DNA of 64,000 nucleotides from a virus. Under the pieces are notes generated by a model. That model was not told the origin of the DNA, ran no database searches, and was given only the letters and a program-made list of their open reading frames with translations. Position 1 is the stretch's first letter. Each line of letters starts with the position of its first letter. This document shows, in pieces, positions 48,275 through 58,882 of this stretch. Made by a program: the position numbers and the translations under genes. Location: the IMG/VR virus record IMGVR_UViG_3300044632_000653; one strand, given 5' to 3'.

Positions 48275-49309
48275 ATGAACTTTCTGAAGTCTCTCGTCAA
48301 GAGCAGCGGCAACGAGTACGCAGCCATCGCCAACGAAGGTCTTGAGTCCGATGTGTCGGGCTTCATCGACACGGGTTCCTACGCATTCAACGCACTCGTC
48401 TCGGGAAGCCTCAAGGGAGGCATCCCGAACAACAAGATCCTCGGCATCGCAGGTGAGTCCGCAACGGGCAAGACCTACTTCGCCCTCGGAGTCGCAGCGC
48501 AGTTCCTCAACGACAATCCCGAGGGCGTGATCCTCTACTTCGACAGCGAACAGGCTGTGACGAGCGAGATGATCATCAGCCGTGGGCTCGACAAGAACCG
48601 TGTGGCTGTGTTTCCCATCGCCACGGTCGAGCAGTTCCGCCATCAGGTCCTTCAGATCCTCGACAACTACGGCAAGTTGGAGAAGTCGGAGCAGAGGGCG
48701 ACCATGATCGTCCTCGACTCGCTCGGCATGTTGTCCACCTCAAAGGAGATGAACGACTCGGCGGAAGGCAAGGAGGTCCGTGACATGACCCGCAGTCAGG
48801 TCATCAAGTCCGTGTTCCGCACGGTGACCCTCAAGTTGGGCAAGTACAACATTCCCTTGATCGTGACGAACCACACCTACGATGTCGTGGGTGCCTATGT
48901 CCCCACCAAGGAAATGGGCGGCGGAAGCGGTCTCAAGTACGCAGCCACCACCATCGTCTACCTGTCGAAGAAGAAGCACAAGGTCGATGACGAGGTGGTC
49001 GGCAACATCATCCATTGCAAGACGCAGAAGAGCCGCCTGACGAAGGAGAACCGCTCCATCGATGTCCTGCTGAACTACGACAGCGGTCTCGACCGCTACT
49101 ACGGACTGATCAATCTCGGAATCGATCACGGCATCCTCAAGAAGGTGTCGAACAAGATTCAGTTCCCTGACGGCAGGTCAGACTTTGAGTCGAGGATCAA
49201 CAAGGATCCGCAGAAGTGGTTCACCGACGATGTCATCAAGGCGTTGGACGAAGCCGCTGCCAAGGAGTTCAAGTACGGTCAACAGGAAGCGGGGGATGAT
49301 GTCGAATAA
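48275..49309 (+). CDS. uvsX: RecA-like recombinase UvsX
   Basis: GESATGKT, YFDSE, LDSLG, MGGGSGLKY. Confidence 0.95.
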   Translation: MNFLKSLVKSSGNEYAAIANEGLESDVSGFIDTGSYAFNALVSGSLKGGIPNNKILGIAGESATGKTYFALGVAAQFLNDNPEGVILYFDSEQAVTSEMIISRGLDKNRVAVFPIATVEQFRHQVLQILDNYGKLEKSEQRATMIVLDSLGMLSTSKEMNDSAEGKEVRDMTRSQVIKSVFRTVTLKLGKYNIPLIVTNHTYDVVGAYVPTKEMGGGSGLKYAATTIVYLSKKKHKVDDEVVGNIIHCKTQKSRLTKENRSIDVLLNYDSGLDRYYGLINLGIDHGILKKVSNKIQFPDGRSDFESRINKDPQKWFTDDVIKALDEAAAKEFKYGQQEAGDDVE

Positions 49310-49832
49310 GAAACAGGACAAGACCTTTCTCATAGACGGGTTCGATGGTGCCTTCGTGGGAGGACTCCGCAAGTTCGGTCAGACATTGCCCATCGCAGTC
49401 TACGACTACGACAAGGTGATGGAGATCGTGATGTCGAGTGGAATCTCCGACGAGGACGATGCCGCAGAATACATTGAGTTCAACATCCTCGGTGGGTATC
49501 TCGGCGAAGGCACCCCCTGCATGATCTTCCCTTGCTCCCTGCGTGAGTTTACGGAGGAGTGTGGTGATGACCTCGACCCGTCCGTGATGGAGCGTGACTT
49601 CGGCGACGAGGATCCGAACGCATACCCCGACGAAGACAACATGACGGAGAGGGAGCGCATGTTGTACCGTCAGGCGATCAGCGACTTCTGCCTGAACTTC
49701 ATCCGCTATGTAAAGGAAACGAACCCCAAGGTGTACTCCCTCGCCAAGGACTACGCCAAGGACTACTCGGGCAACTCCGTGGTCGAGTTCGTTGACATCG
49801 AAGAAGAAGAGGATGGGAAGAAGCAGCCATGA
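49296..49832 (+). CDS. Hypothetical protein
   Basis: DGFDGA...EYIEFNILGGYLGEGTP phage motif. Confidence 0.7.
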   Translation: MMSNKKQDKTFLIDGFDGAFVGGLRKFGQTLPIAVYDYDKVMEIVMSSGISDEDDAAEYIEFNILGGYLGEGTPCMIFPCSLREFTEECGDDLDPSVMERDFGDEDPNAYPDEDNMTERERMLYRQAISDFCLNFIRYVKETNPKVYSLAKDYAKDYSGNSVVEFVDIEEEEDGKKQP

Positions 49833-50620
49833 GGATGGTCATCAAGTTCCCTACGAGGGGGCGACCCGAAAAGTTCATCTCTGTACTGAACAGGTACATC
49901 AACTTCCTTTCGGGCATGCACGAAGTCAAGTTCGTCATCTCGTTCGATCACGACGATCCGACGATGAACAACGACAACATGTGGTCCGTCTTCAACCGAC
50001 TGAACGCTCAGTTGGAAGGCAAGATCCTCCCTGTGTGCGGGAAGTCCACGGGCAAGATCTCCGCTATCAACGCCGACCTAGACAGGGTCGTGTCCTTCAG
50101 ACCCGATGTGATCCTTCTCGCATCGGATGACATGATCCCCGTCCACGGCGGCTACGACGATGTCATCGCCAAGGCTATGGCGAAGTTCTTCCCCGACACG
50201 GACGGGGTCCTCCACTTCAACGACGGATTCTCGGGGCAGAACAGGCTGATCACCCTGTCGATCCTCGGTCGCAAGTACCTCGACAGGTTCGGGTACCTCT
50301 ACTACCCAGGCTACAAGTCGGTGTTCTGCGACAACGAGTTCACCGATGTTGCGAGGATGCTCGGCAAGGTCGTGTACATCGACCATGTCATCATCCAACA
50401 CCAATGGGTCGGTGCGGTCAATCCCAACGATGCCCTCCACCGCCGCAACGAGTCGGTGGAGATGTACGAGCATGATAAGGCGGTCTATCTCGACCGAGCC
50501 TACAACAATTTTCATCTGAAGCCTGAGGAGATCGTGAATGCCTTGGTCATATCGCCACAAGTTGTCGATTCTCATCCCGACCCTAATCGAACGGAAGGAC
50601 TCCCTTCAGTCGCTCCGTGA
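49829..50620 (+). CDS. Glycosyltransferase (GT-A fold)
   Basis: FPTRGRP, SDDM, FCDNE. Confidence 0.75.
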   Translation: MRMVIKFPTRGRPEKFISVLNRYINFLSGMHEVKFVISFDHDDPTMNNDNMWSVFNRLNAQLEGKILPVCGKSTGKISAINADLDRVVSFRPDVILLASDDMIPVHGGYDDVIAKAMAKFFPDTDGVLHFNDGFSGQNRLITLSILGRKYLDRFGYLYYPGYKSVFCDNEFTDVARMLGKVVYIDHVIIQHQWVGAVNPNDALHRRNESVEMYEHDKAVYLDRAYNNFHLKPEEIVNALVISPQVVDSHPDPNRTEGLPSVAP

Positions 50621-51134
50621 GGAACTCGACCGTCAGGTCGGGAAGCGCAATGTCGAGGTCCTCCATTGCGCCGACAATCGACAGATGACCATCGGTCAGA
50701 AGAGAACCATGCTCCTCACGCAGTCCTCGGGGGAGTATGTCGCCTTCATCGATGACGATGACCTGCCGAGCCAAGACTACATCGACAAGGTTCTGAACGC
50801 CCTGTCCAAGAACCCCGACTGCTCGTCCCTCACGGGAGAGATCGTGTTCTCTGACGGGTACAGCCGTCCGTTCATCCATTCCCTCCGCTACGACAGGTGG
50901 ATCGATGACCATGAGGGCAGGGTCTACTACCGACCCCCGAACCACCTCAACGCCGTGCGGAGGTCCATCGCCGTGCAGGTGGGGTTCCCGCCGTGGAACA
51001 GCGGCGAGGACAGGTCGTTCAGCATGGGGATCCGCCACCACCTCAAGACCGAGGAATGGATCGACGGAGTGATCTACAACTACAAGTGTCGCAAGACTTT
51101 TGAAGAGACCCACAACCATCAGGTGACACGATGA
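50538..51134 (+). CDS. Glycosyltransferase family 2
   Basis: LSILIPT, FIDDDD, GED. Confidence 0.85.
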   Translation: MPWSYRHKLSILIPTLIERKDSLQSLREELDRQVGKRNVEVLHCADNRQMTIGQKRTMLLTQSSGEYVAFIDDDDLPSQDYIDKVLNALSKNPDCSSLTGEIVFSDGYSRPFIHSLRYDRWIDDHEGRVYYRPPNHLNAVRRSIAVQVGFPPWNSGEDRSFSMGIRHHLKTEEWIDGVIYNYKCRKTFEETHNHQVTR

Positions 51135-51775
51135 ATGTGGTGTCCTTCAGTCTTTGGGGCGACAAACCCAAGTACACCATCGGTGCGATCCGCAACGCCG
51201 AACTTGCCTCCTCTTGGTATAGGGGCTGGACCTGCCGTTTCTATTGCGACGAGGAGACGGTGCCCGAGAAGATCCTCGACACCCTCGACAGCATGCCCAA
51301 CTGTGAAGTGGTGAGGATGGGTGTGTCGGTCGAGCCGCATTGGTCGATGTTCTGGAGGTTCTACGCAGCCGAGGATCCCTCCATCGACTGCGTCGTGTTC
51401 CGTGACACCGATTCCAGGATCGGACAGCGTGAAGTGATGGCTGTGCAGGAATGGATCTCCTCGGGCAAGGGATTCCATGCGATGCGAGACCATCCTCAGC
51501 ACGGAACTCCCTTGTGCGGCGGAATGTGGGGTGTCCGTGGCGGGAAACTCAAGGAGATCCGATCCATGATTTCCAACTACTACGCCAAGGGACTTACCAA
51601 GACAGCCCTCTTCGGCATCGACCAAGACTTCCTCACGCACAGCGTGTGGTCCTTGGCTAAGGAGGATGTCGTGCAGCATGACGAGTTCTTCGCCAAGGTT
51701 CCTTTCCCGCTCCCCCGTGATTCCAAGCACTTCGTCGGACAGGTGTACGACGAGAACGACAATCCACAGTACTGA
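51131..51775 (+). CDS. Glycan-cluster protein (GT-like)
   Basis: SFSLWG..PKY, WRF, RDTDSR, RDHPQH. Confidence 0.65.
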   Translation: MNVVSFSLWGDKPKYTIGAIRNAELASSWYRGWTCRFYCDEETVPEKILDTLDSMPNCEVVRMGVSVEPHWSMFWRFYAAEDPSIDCVVFRDTDSRIGQREVMAVQEWISSGKGFHAMRDHPQHGTPLCGGMWGVRGGKLKEIRSMISNYYAKGLTKTALFGIDQDFLTHSVWSLAKEDVVQHDEFFAKVPFPLPRDSKHFVGQVYDENDNPQY

Positions 51776-51777
51776 CC

Positions 51778-52662
51778 ATGAACATCCTCATCATCCAAGA
51801 GCGTGGACACCACGAACAAAACCGTGACTTCAGGGAGTCGTGCTGCCTGAAGAGATCATTCGATTCCATGGGTCATGGCTGCGTCGTGTGGGGAAAGGGT
51901 CACGAAGGCTTCCCGACCCTCCCCGACTTCGACTCATACGACCTGATCATCAACCTTGAGAACTACGGCGACGAGTGGATGCCCAACCTCTCCTCGACAC
52001 GGAAGCCGATCAAGATGGTGTGGTGCATCGATGCCCATGTGCGTGGCACCGCACCATACGAGAGGATCTTCTCCGAGGGCAAATACGACATCCTCGCCCA
52101 TGCGACGAGGGATTTCGTGAGGCTCCCTCATCACCGATGGCTCCCCAACTGCACCGACCACAGGATGATCTTCCCGCTACCCGATGTGGCGAAGACTCAT
52201 GCCATGGGCTTCTGCGGCAATCATGTCACCCCCGAGCGCAAAAGGGCTGTGGATACCCTGACGAGCGTGTTCGGTCTGAAGCAGGACATCTTCGTGATCG
52301 GCAACGACATGGTGCGGACGATCAATTCGTACCGTATCCACTTCAACATGAACATCGCCAACGACATCAACTACAGGTCGTTTGAAACCCTCGCATGTGG
52401 AACGGTGCTTCTCACAGACAGGAATCCGCAGTACAAGGACCTCGGGTTTGAGGACGGTGTCAACTGCCTCATGTACGACAGGGGCGAGTACTCGGGCGAC
52501 ATCCGTTCGTTGATATCGAAGGTCACTTCCGCAATGGGCATGCGTCCCGAGACCCTCGCTGCCATTGGAAATGCAGGAAGGGAACTCTTCCTGTCGAAGC
52601 ACACCTATGACCACAGGGCAGAGAAAATTTTGTGGTGGTTGGATATGGGAGGTAGGGTATGA
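51778..52662 (+). CDS. Glycosyltransferase (GT-B, CgeB-like)
   Basis: NYRSFETLACG, HTYDHRA. Confidence 0.8.
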   Translation: MNILIIQERGHHEQNRDFRESCCLKRSFDSMGHGCVVWGKGHEGFPTLPDFDSYDLIINLENYGDEWMPNLSSTRKPIKMVWCIDAHVRGTAPYERIFSEGKYDILAHATRDFVRLPHHRWLPNCTDHRMIFPLPDVAKTHAMGFCGNHVTPERKRAVDTLTSVFGLKQDIFVIGNDMVRTINSYRIHFNMNIANDINYRSFETLACGTVLLTDRNPQYKDLGFEDGVNCLMYDRGEYSGDIRSLISKVTSAMGMRPETLAAIGNAGRELFLSKHTYDHRAEKILWWLDMGGRV

Positions 52663-53360
52663 GTAATTCGACACTCTACATCCATCACCATCTAGGGATG
52701 GGTGATCACATCATTTGCAACGGTCTTGTTCGCAGTTTGGTGGGCAACAAGGCTGACAATGTCACCCTGTTTGTGAGGACGAACAACTTTCCCCGTGTAC
52801 AGAGGATGTATGACGATGACCCGAGGATTGACTACGCAATCGTTCCTGCGGAGGGGAACGAGTGTGGTTTCGTTGACGAGTACACCCGTCACCGTCAGGG
52901 CACCCTTCTCCGTTTGGGGTTCGACCAACTCCACAAGAGTCCCACGCTGAACTTCGATCAGGTCTTCTACATCTACGCTGGTGTACCTTTCAGTAATCGA
53001 TGGGACAAGTTCTTCGTCAAGAGGGATCCTGATGGGGAGTCGAAGGCGATTGCAAAGTTGAATCCCACAGGAGAGCCCTACATGTTCGTCCATGACGATT
53101 CATCCCGAGGGTTTCTGATCAATCCACCGAATCCGAGAGGACTGAAGGTGATCAAGAACGATGTTTCCGTGGGTATATTCGACATGATTGGAGTGCTTGA
53201 GGGTGCGGAGGAAATCCATTGCATGGAGAGTTCGTTCCGATGCCTCATTGAGAGCGTTCCCTCCATTACATGCCCCCTGTTCCTTCACAAGATGGTGAGG
53301 TTCGCCAACCAACCCAATCCCGCCCTGTCATTGGGAAGGAAGAGGTGGGTCGAGGTATGA
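52659..53360 (+). CDS. Putative glycosyltransferase
   Basis: HLGMGDHII, AEEIHCMESSF. Confidence 0.6.
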   Translation: MSNSTLYIHHHLGMGDHIICNGLVRSLVGNKADNVTLFVRTNNFPRVQRMYDDDPRIDYAIVPAEGNECGFVDEYTRHRQGTLLRLGFDQLHKSPTLNFDQVFYIYAGVPFSNRWDKFFVKRDPDGESKAIAKLNPTGEPYMFVHDDSSRGFLINPPNPRGLKVIKNDVSVGIFDMIGVLEGAEEIHCMESSFRCLIESVPSITCPLFLHKMVRFANQPNPALSLGRKRWVEV

Positions 53361-54256
53361 GTCGGTCATACAGCAGGATCCTCTTCTTCAACGACTGCAA
53401 CAACGGCGACAACCACTACAGCCGACAGTTCTTGCGCCACATCTCTTCCTTGGTGGGGGTGGATTGTGCATACTCGCACTTTCGTTGCGACCGAATACTC
53501 GCCGACCTTCCGATGCGTCTCATCAGGGTTGACACCCGACCTCTTCATCAGGAGTCCTTTCATCTCAACGCTGACGGCACTCTCTTTATGAACACATGGG
53601 TGGGTCATCAAAACTTCAAGTGGTTCACCCCGAACGGCTGCACCCTCCACAACAACTACAGGATGTTCTCCGACAACTGCAAGGCGATAGGGGTGACCCT
53701 ACCTCCCGAGGTCGAGTGCATCCCCACCATCGACTACGCAAGGTTGGGCATCCTCGGCTCGGTGCAGGTTGACAGGAACATACTCGTATCCAACGGACCC
53801 TGCGCTTCGGGACAGGCTTACAACTTCGACATGAACCCCGTTGTCGAGGCACTTGCGGATAAGCATCCGTCATGTCGTTTCTTCGTCACCGACCCTTTCA
53901 CCACGAACAGGGTCAACATTTTTGATGCGAACAAGACTGTCTCCGCTCCGATGGGGAAGTCCAACTTGGTCGAACTTTCACACTTCTCCCTGTCCTGTCC
54001 GATCATTGTCGGGAGAGGCAGCGGTCCATTTTGCTTCTCCCATGTGCGTGAGAATCTCATGGATCCCGAGAAGACTTTCATTGTGTTTGGCAACGGTGCC
54101 CCTGAAGGTCATTGGGTGACGATGGCAGACTACAACCTTCCTCAACATGCAAAGCAGTTGTGGGGCGAGTGTCATGTCAACGGCACGGGAGACTGTTTTT
54201 CCCTCGCATTCGACATGATCGACGGAGAGATCAATGCCAAGTTTGGTAGTCGGTAG
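53357..54256 (+). CDS. Putative glycosyltransferase
   Basis: NNGDNH, IVGRGSGP; cluster context. Confidence 0.55.
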   Translation: MSRSYSRILFFNDCNNGDNHYSRQFLRHISSLVGVDCAYSHFRCDRILADLPMRLIRVDTRPLHQESFHLNADGTLFMNTWVGHQNFKWFTPNGCTLHNNYRMFSDNCKAIGVTLPPEVECIPTIDYARLGILGSVQVDRNILVSNGPCASGQAYNFDMNPVVEALADKHPSCRFFVTDPFTTNRVNIFDANKTVSAPMGKSNLVELSHFSLSCPIIVGRGSGPFCFSHVRENLMDPEKTFIVFGNGAPEGHWVTMADYNLPQHAKQLWGECHVNGTGDCFSLAFDMIDGEINAKFGSR

Positions 54257-55070
54257 TACCTCCCAACTCGCACGGTACTTCCCTCGGGATTTCGTCCGCA
54301 TTTCCTCTAGGGACATGGACCTCGACTCGCTCTCCGAACAGGAGTGGGACGAAGTCTACATCTGCTTCGCCGAACAGAGGACCTACCTAGCCAACAGCGA
54401 CTCCCCTGATGTCGAGCGCATCTTCCACGACACGAATGTCGTGAGGACGATGGAGGTCATTGATGCCCTGCATCCTGTTTGTCGGAGGATCGTGTACTAC
54501 TCCACGGCTGAACTTTGGAATGCAACTTCGGGTCCCGTCGCCCCATCGGACCCATACACATTCCATGAAAACCACTACACGAAATCCAAGAGCAGCGTCT
54601 CGCTCCTGTTGCGTGACAAGGTCAAGTATCCGAAGGTGACGGTAGCCCATCCGTTCAACTTCAACAGCGTTCACCGAGGGGGCGAGTATCTGTTCGGCAA
54701 GATCTTCCGATCAATAGTGACCGAGTCCCCCGTCGCCATCGGCGATGTCGATTACTACAGGGAGATCCTGCATCCCACCATGGTGGTCAAGGCGACATTG
54801 GACTCCACGGAGAACGACCCTTTGGGTACGGACATCGTCATCGGCTCGGGCAGACTCGTCCATGTCGGGGACTTCATACGAAAACTCTACCTTCGATTTG
54901 GGATGGACATGGACAAAATGGCGATCAGGGACCCACAGAATCCTCCCCGACCGTCGATATACCGCAAGTGCCTTTTCTATTCGCACAGGCACGATCCCCG
55001 ATTTTCGGAGGAAGCCGTGATCAACCTCCTTACCTACGAACTATCTACTGTGAAGGAATTTTCGACATGA
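54234..55070 (+). CDS. Divergent NAD-dependent epimerase/dehydratase
   Basis: YSTAEL, YTKSK, PFNFNS. Confidence 0.7.
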   Translation: MPSLVVGSTSQLARYFPRDFVRISSRDMDLDSLSEQEWDEVYICFAEQRTYLANSDSPDVERIFHDTNVVRTMEVIDALHPVCRRIVYYSTAELWNATSGPVAPSDPYTFHENHYTKSKSSVSLLLRDKVKYPKVTVAHPFNFNSVHRGGEYLFGKIFRSIVTESPVAIGDVDYYREILHPTMVVKATLDSTENDPLGTDIVIGSGRLVHVGDFIRKLYLRFGMDMDKMAIRDPQNPPRPSIYRKCLFYSHRHDPRFSEEAVINLLTYELSTVKEFST

Positions 55071-55423
55071 GCAACGACATCGCCCTGACAATCGAAGATG
55101 CCATCAGGCATAAGGTCCATGAGACGCTTCGTCTTTCGGGATCCAATCCTCCCGAACTTCCCGACAATCTCGTCGCTACCGACAACCTCGGTGAAGTGAT
55201 TGAGAAACTCTGCATCCTCCACATCCGTACATGGTTCCTTGAGGACATGGTAGGTGTCGCAAAGACGGACGAAGAGGTCGCCTCCTTGAAGAGGAAGATC
55301 GACATCTGCTTCAAGCAGAAGAGACCGCAGTACATCCAAGCGATCAACCGCATGGTTGACGATGCGGTGATCAACCAAAGGCGCATCACGGAAGACTCCG
55401 TGAAGATCTACAAGGGGAACTGA
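55067..55423 (+). CDS. Hypothetical protein
   Basis: LGEVIEKLCILHIRTW; coupled on both sides. Confidence 0.65.
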   Translation: MSNDIALTIEDAIRHKVHETLRLSGSNPPELPDNLVATDNLGEVIEKLCILHIRTWFLEDMVGVAKTDEEVASLKRKIDICFKQKRPQYIQAINRMVDDAVINQRRITEDSVKIYKGN

Positions 55424-56592
55424 TGATTCACCCAATTACCTTGGTGCGTGACACCATCGATCAGGATGACATCGGTTCCTTGATCGAATGGCTCAAAACC
55501 AACCCACGCCTCACCAAGGGGGTGAAGACGGTTGAGTTTGAACAGGCGTGGAGCGGTTGGCTCGGCTGCAAGTACTCCGTGTTCGTGAACTCGGGCTCAT
55601 CTGCGAACCTTGCCATCCTGTACGCCCTCATCATCTCGGGTAGGCTTAGGAACAAGAAGGTGGTGTTCCCCTGCCTCTCTTGGGTCACCACCGTGGCACC
55701 TGCCATCCAACTCGGGCTTGAACCGATCCTTTGCGAGACGGACAGCCGCAACCTCGGGATCGATGTCGCAGAGTTTGAGAAGATCTGCGAGCGGGAGAGT
55801 CCCGCTGCCGTGATGATCGTGCATGCACTTGCCTTCCCCAACGACATGCGGGGCATCAGGGAGGTGTGCGAGAAGTACGGTGTGATCCTGCTTGAGGACT
55901 CATGCGAGAGCGTGGGTACCTTGGTGGATGGAAAGAAGACAGGCACTTTCGGTCTTGCCTCTTCGTTCAGCACATACTACGGTCACCACTTCTCGACCAT
56001 CGAAGGCGGCTTCGTCTGCACCGATGACTACGAGTTCTACAACATCGTCAAGAGCATCCGATCCCATGGATGGTCTAGGGACCTTGACGAGGTGACCCGT
56101 AGAGATCTCCAACTGAAGTACGGGATCGATGACTTCAGGAACCTCTACACCTTCTACCATGCGGGATTCAACCTGCGCTCGACGGACCTACAGGCGTTCA
56201 TCGGGATCAGTCAGTTGGAGAAACTCGACCGCTTCTGCGAGATGCGCTACGAGAACCTGCTGACATACGACAGGCTGATCCGAAACCCGTATTGGAAGAT
56301 CGACATCTCGCAGTTCGACTTCGTGTCCAACTTCGCATACCCCGTGATCCATCCCCTGTCTGCGACGATGGTCGAGAAACTGACGGCAGCGCATGTCGAA
56401 TGCCGACCGTTGATAGCAGGAAGCATCTCAAGGCAACCGTTCTTCTACGAGAGGTATGGAAAGAAGGCGTATCCGTTCTCGGATCGCATCCACGACCACG
56501 GCATCTACCTACCGAACAACCCGACGATGACAGAGGACGAAATCAACATGGTGTCCAACATCATCAACGGAGTCACATCACATCCGAGTTGA
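55423..56592 (+). CDS. DegT/DnrJ-family PLP enzyme, ColD/E1-like 3-dehydratase
   Basis: VNSGSSAN, EDSCES, STYYGHHFSTIEGG (His where the family Lys sits). Confidence 0.85.
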   Translation: MIHPITLVRDTIDQDDIGSLIEWLKTNPRLTKGVKTVEFEQAWSGWLGCKYSVFVNSGSSANLAILYALIISGRLRNKKVVFPCLSWVTTVAPAIQLGLEPILCETDSRNLGIDVAEFEKICERESPAAVMIVHALAFPNDMRGIREVCEKYGVILLEDSCESVGTLVDGKKTGTFGLASSFSTYYGHHFSTIEGGFVCTDDYEFYNIVKSIRSHGWSRDLDEVTRRDLQLKYGIDDFRNLYTFYHAGFNLRSTDLQAFIGISQLEKLDRFCEMRYENLLTYDRLIRNPYWKIDISQFDFVSNFAYPVIHPLSATMVEKLTAAHVECRPLIAGSISRQPFFYERYGKKAYPFSDRIHDHGIYLPNNPTMTEDEINMVSNIINGVTSHPS

Positions 56593-56607
56593 AAGAGGAA
56601 AAGCAGC

Positions 56608-57294
56608 ATGTCGCTTATTGACCTGAATCAAAAACCTCTACCTCTGTCGATACACATCCTCACCACATCTCTGAACAGGGATAGGCATCAGTCTATTCTG
56701 AACACATGGCTCAAAGATTTCTACGACTATGTGTTCTACACCGATTTCACTTCTGAAATAGGAAATCAAGTAGAACTTACCACGAACACGGAGTACCACT
56801 CCAATGGGGAAAAGCACATTCTTGAAGTGAATAGAATCGTGAGGGAGAAGATCCACAACGATTACCAATGGTTCTATTTCTGCGATGATGATACGGTCCC
56901 CAACATATCAAGGATCTTGGACTACTGTCGTACCGCAGACCGAAGTAAGGTTCATGCTTGGACGGACACCTGTTGGGCAGAGGATCCGACTTTACTATCC
57001 GTTTCGGGTGGTGCTGGATATCTCGTTCCTTCTGAAGTATTCCAAGGAAGGACACCCCCAAGGCTGAAACGGATCGTGTGGTCCGATGTTCAATTTGCTC
57101 TGTGGCTGCGAGAGAACGGCATACCGTTGCAACACAATTCCGAGTTCAAGCACAACATCCCATCTCAGTTCGGAATCGACATTTCCACGGTGGAGGGCAG
57201 GAACTTGGTGAGGGAACACATGTCTTTCCACTATGTCAAGAACCACGAACTGCGATCTGCGATATGGGAAATCTACAACACACCCAAGGAATGA
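56608..57294 (+). CDS. Fringe/GT31-like glycosyltransferase
   Basis: LNTW, WFYFCDDDT, SGGAG, SDV, SFH. Confidence 0.75.
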   Translation: MSLIDLNQKPLPLSIHILTTSLNRDRHQSILNTWLKDFYDYVFYTDFTSEIGNQVELTTNTEYHSNGEKHILEVNRIVREKIHNDYQWFYFCDDDTVPNISRILDYCRTADRSKVHAWTDTCWAEDPTLLSVSGGAGYLVPSEVFQGRTPPRLKRIVWSDVQFALWLRENGIPLQHNSEFKHNIPSQFGIDISTVEGRNLVREHMSFHYVKNHELRSAIWEIYNTPKE

Positions 57295-57400
57295 AGATAT
57301 GGGATTGCAATCCATGAAGACTCTCGTCACAGGCGCAGCAGGATTCAAAGGACGAGATCGGCATGGTTTCAGACATCGTCAACAGCGTCACATTGGAGAA
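57291..57400 (+). pseudogene. Gene remnants (MKIWDCNP*; MKTLVTGAAGF...)
   Basis: Coupled starts followed by loss of similarity; the second mirrors an epimerase N-terminus. Confidence 0.5.
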
Positions 57401-57404
57401 ATGA

Positions 57405-57971
57405 ATGGACCACATTTACACACAGCCGCAGTTTGGAGAGAATTGGTTTACCTATCCGAACCTCTACTCACAATTTGTCCGTGAACTGCCAAGCGGTTCC
57501 AAGATGGTGGAGGTTGGTTGTTGGAAGGGAAAGAGCATCGCCTACCTCGGGGTCGAGATCATCAACTCAGGGAAGGACATCCATGTCCATGCCATCGACA
57601 CTTGGGAGGGATCGCCAAACGAACCTCCACATCAGCAGGATGTCTATGTCCGAACGGGGAAACTCTATCAGTTGTTCCTGTCGAACATCTCCCCCGTCTC
57701 TTCCGTGGTGTTTCCCGTGAAGGTCGCTTCGGTCGAGGGCGCAAAGAGGTATGCCGATGAGTCCTTGGATGTCGTGTTCATCGACGCATGCCACACCTAT
57801 GAGTGCGTCAAGGAGGACATTGCAGCATGGCTTCCGAAGGTGAAGAAAGGCGGCTACCTTGCGGGACATGATTACCCTTGGAGCCATGAGGATGCCGTAA
57901 AGAGAGCGGTGGATGAGAGCGTTTCTCCAATCCAAGTCACCGAGGGATGTTGGGTCTATAAGAAAAGGTAA
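57405..57971 (+). CDS. Class I SAM methyltransferase (Methyltransf_24-like)
   Basis: VEVGCWKGKS, FIDACH, LAGHDY. Confidence 0.85.
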   Translation: MDHIYTQPQFGENWFTYPNLYSQFVRELPSGSKMVEVGCWKGKSIAYLGVEIINSGKDIHVHAIDTWEGSPNEPPHQQDVYVRTGKLYQLFLSNISPVSSVVFPVKVASVEGAKRYADESLDVVFIDACHTYECVKEDIAAWLPKVKKGGYLAGHDYPWSHEDAVKRAVDESVSPIQVTEGCWVYKKR

Positions 57972-57976
57972 TCAAG

Positions 57977-58882
57977 ATGAATGCCATGGTCACAGGTGCG
58001 GCGGGCTTCATCGGCTCGCATATGGTCGATCTCCTACTGAACCACAGGCACTCGGTTGTCGCCGTAGACAACGAGAGTTCAGAGTCGCATGCCAAGTTTC
58101 ATTGGAACCCGCTTTGTGATAACAGATTGTCTGATGTTTGCGACCTCACGCCACTCGACTTCGACGGTGTGGATGTGGTGTTCCATATGGCGGCTGAAGT
58201 CAGCATCCCGAAGTGCATGGCACACCGTGATCAGGCTTTCAGCACCAATGTGATCGGAACATGGAATGTCCTCGACTGCGCACAGAAGGCGGGAGTGCGT
58301 CGGCTCGTCTTCTCGTCCACCTCGGCGATCTACGGAGTCAGGGCAAGCGGTTTCTCTCCTCCTGTGAAGGAGACTGATTCCATCGACTGCCCGAACAACT
58401 ACGCAACGAGCAAGTTCATCGGGGAGCAGTTGTGCAAGCAGTACTCTCTTCTCCACGGACTCGACACGGTGTGCCTCAGGTACTTCAATGTCTTCGGCGA
58501 GAGACAGGCTGACAGGGGGTCATATAGCCCCGTCATCGCATCGTTCCTGCGGATGCGAAGGGAAGGCAAGCCCCTCCTCATATTTGGAGATGGTCATCAG
58601 TCGAGGGACTATGTCCATGTCTCGGATGTGGTCAGGGCGAACCTCATGGCGGCTGACCATCCCCACGCCCTCCACGGTGAGGCAGTCAACATCGGAAGTT
58701 GGCGGTCTTCGTCGGTACTAGAGATCGCCCGTGTAATATCCCCCGACGAAAGGTCGATATGCTTCATGCCGAAGCGTGAGGGTGAGGTCAGGCATTCGTT
58801 GGCTGACTGTGGCAAGGCTGCTTCCCTGTTCGGTTGGAAGGCAAAGACGGATGTGATGGATTGGATACGGAATGCAACCTAA
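57977..58882 (+). CDS. NAD-dependent epimerase/dehydratase
   Basis: TGAAGFIG, YATSK, RYFNVFG. Confidence 0.92.
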   Translation: MNAMVTGAAGFIGSHMVDLLLNHRHSVVAVDNESSESHAKFHWNPLCDNRLSDVCDLTPLDFDGVDVVFHMAAEVSIPKCMAHRDQAFSTNVIGTWNVLDCAQKAGVRRLVFSSTSAIYGVRASGFSPPVKETDSIDCPNNYATSKFIGEQLCKQYSLLHGLDTVCLRYFNVFGERQADRGSYSPVIASFLRMRREGKPLLIFGDGHQSRDYVHVSDVVRANLMAADHPHALHGEAVNIGSWRSSSVLEIARVISPDERSICFMPKREGEVRHSLADCGKAASLFGWKAKTDVMDWIRNAT

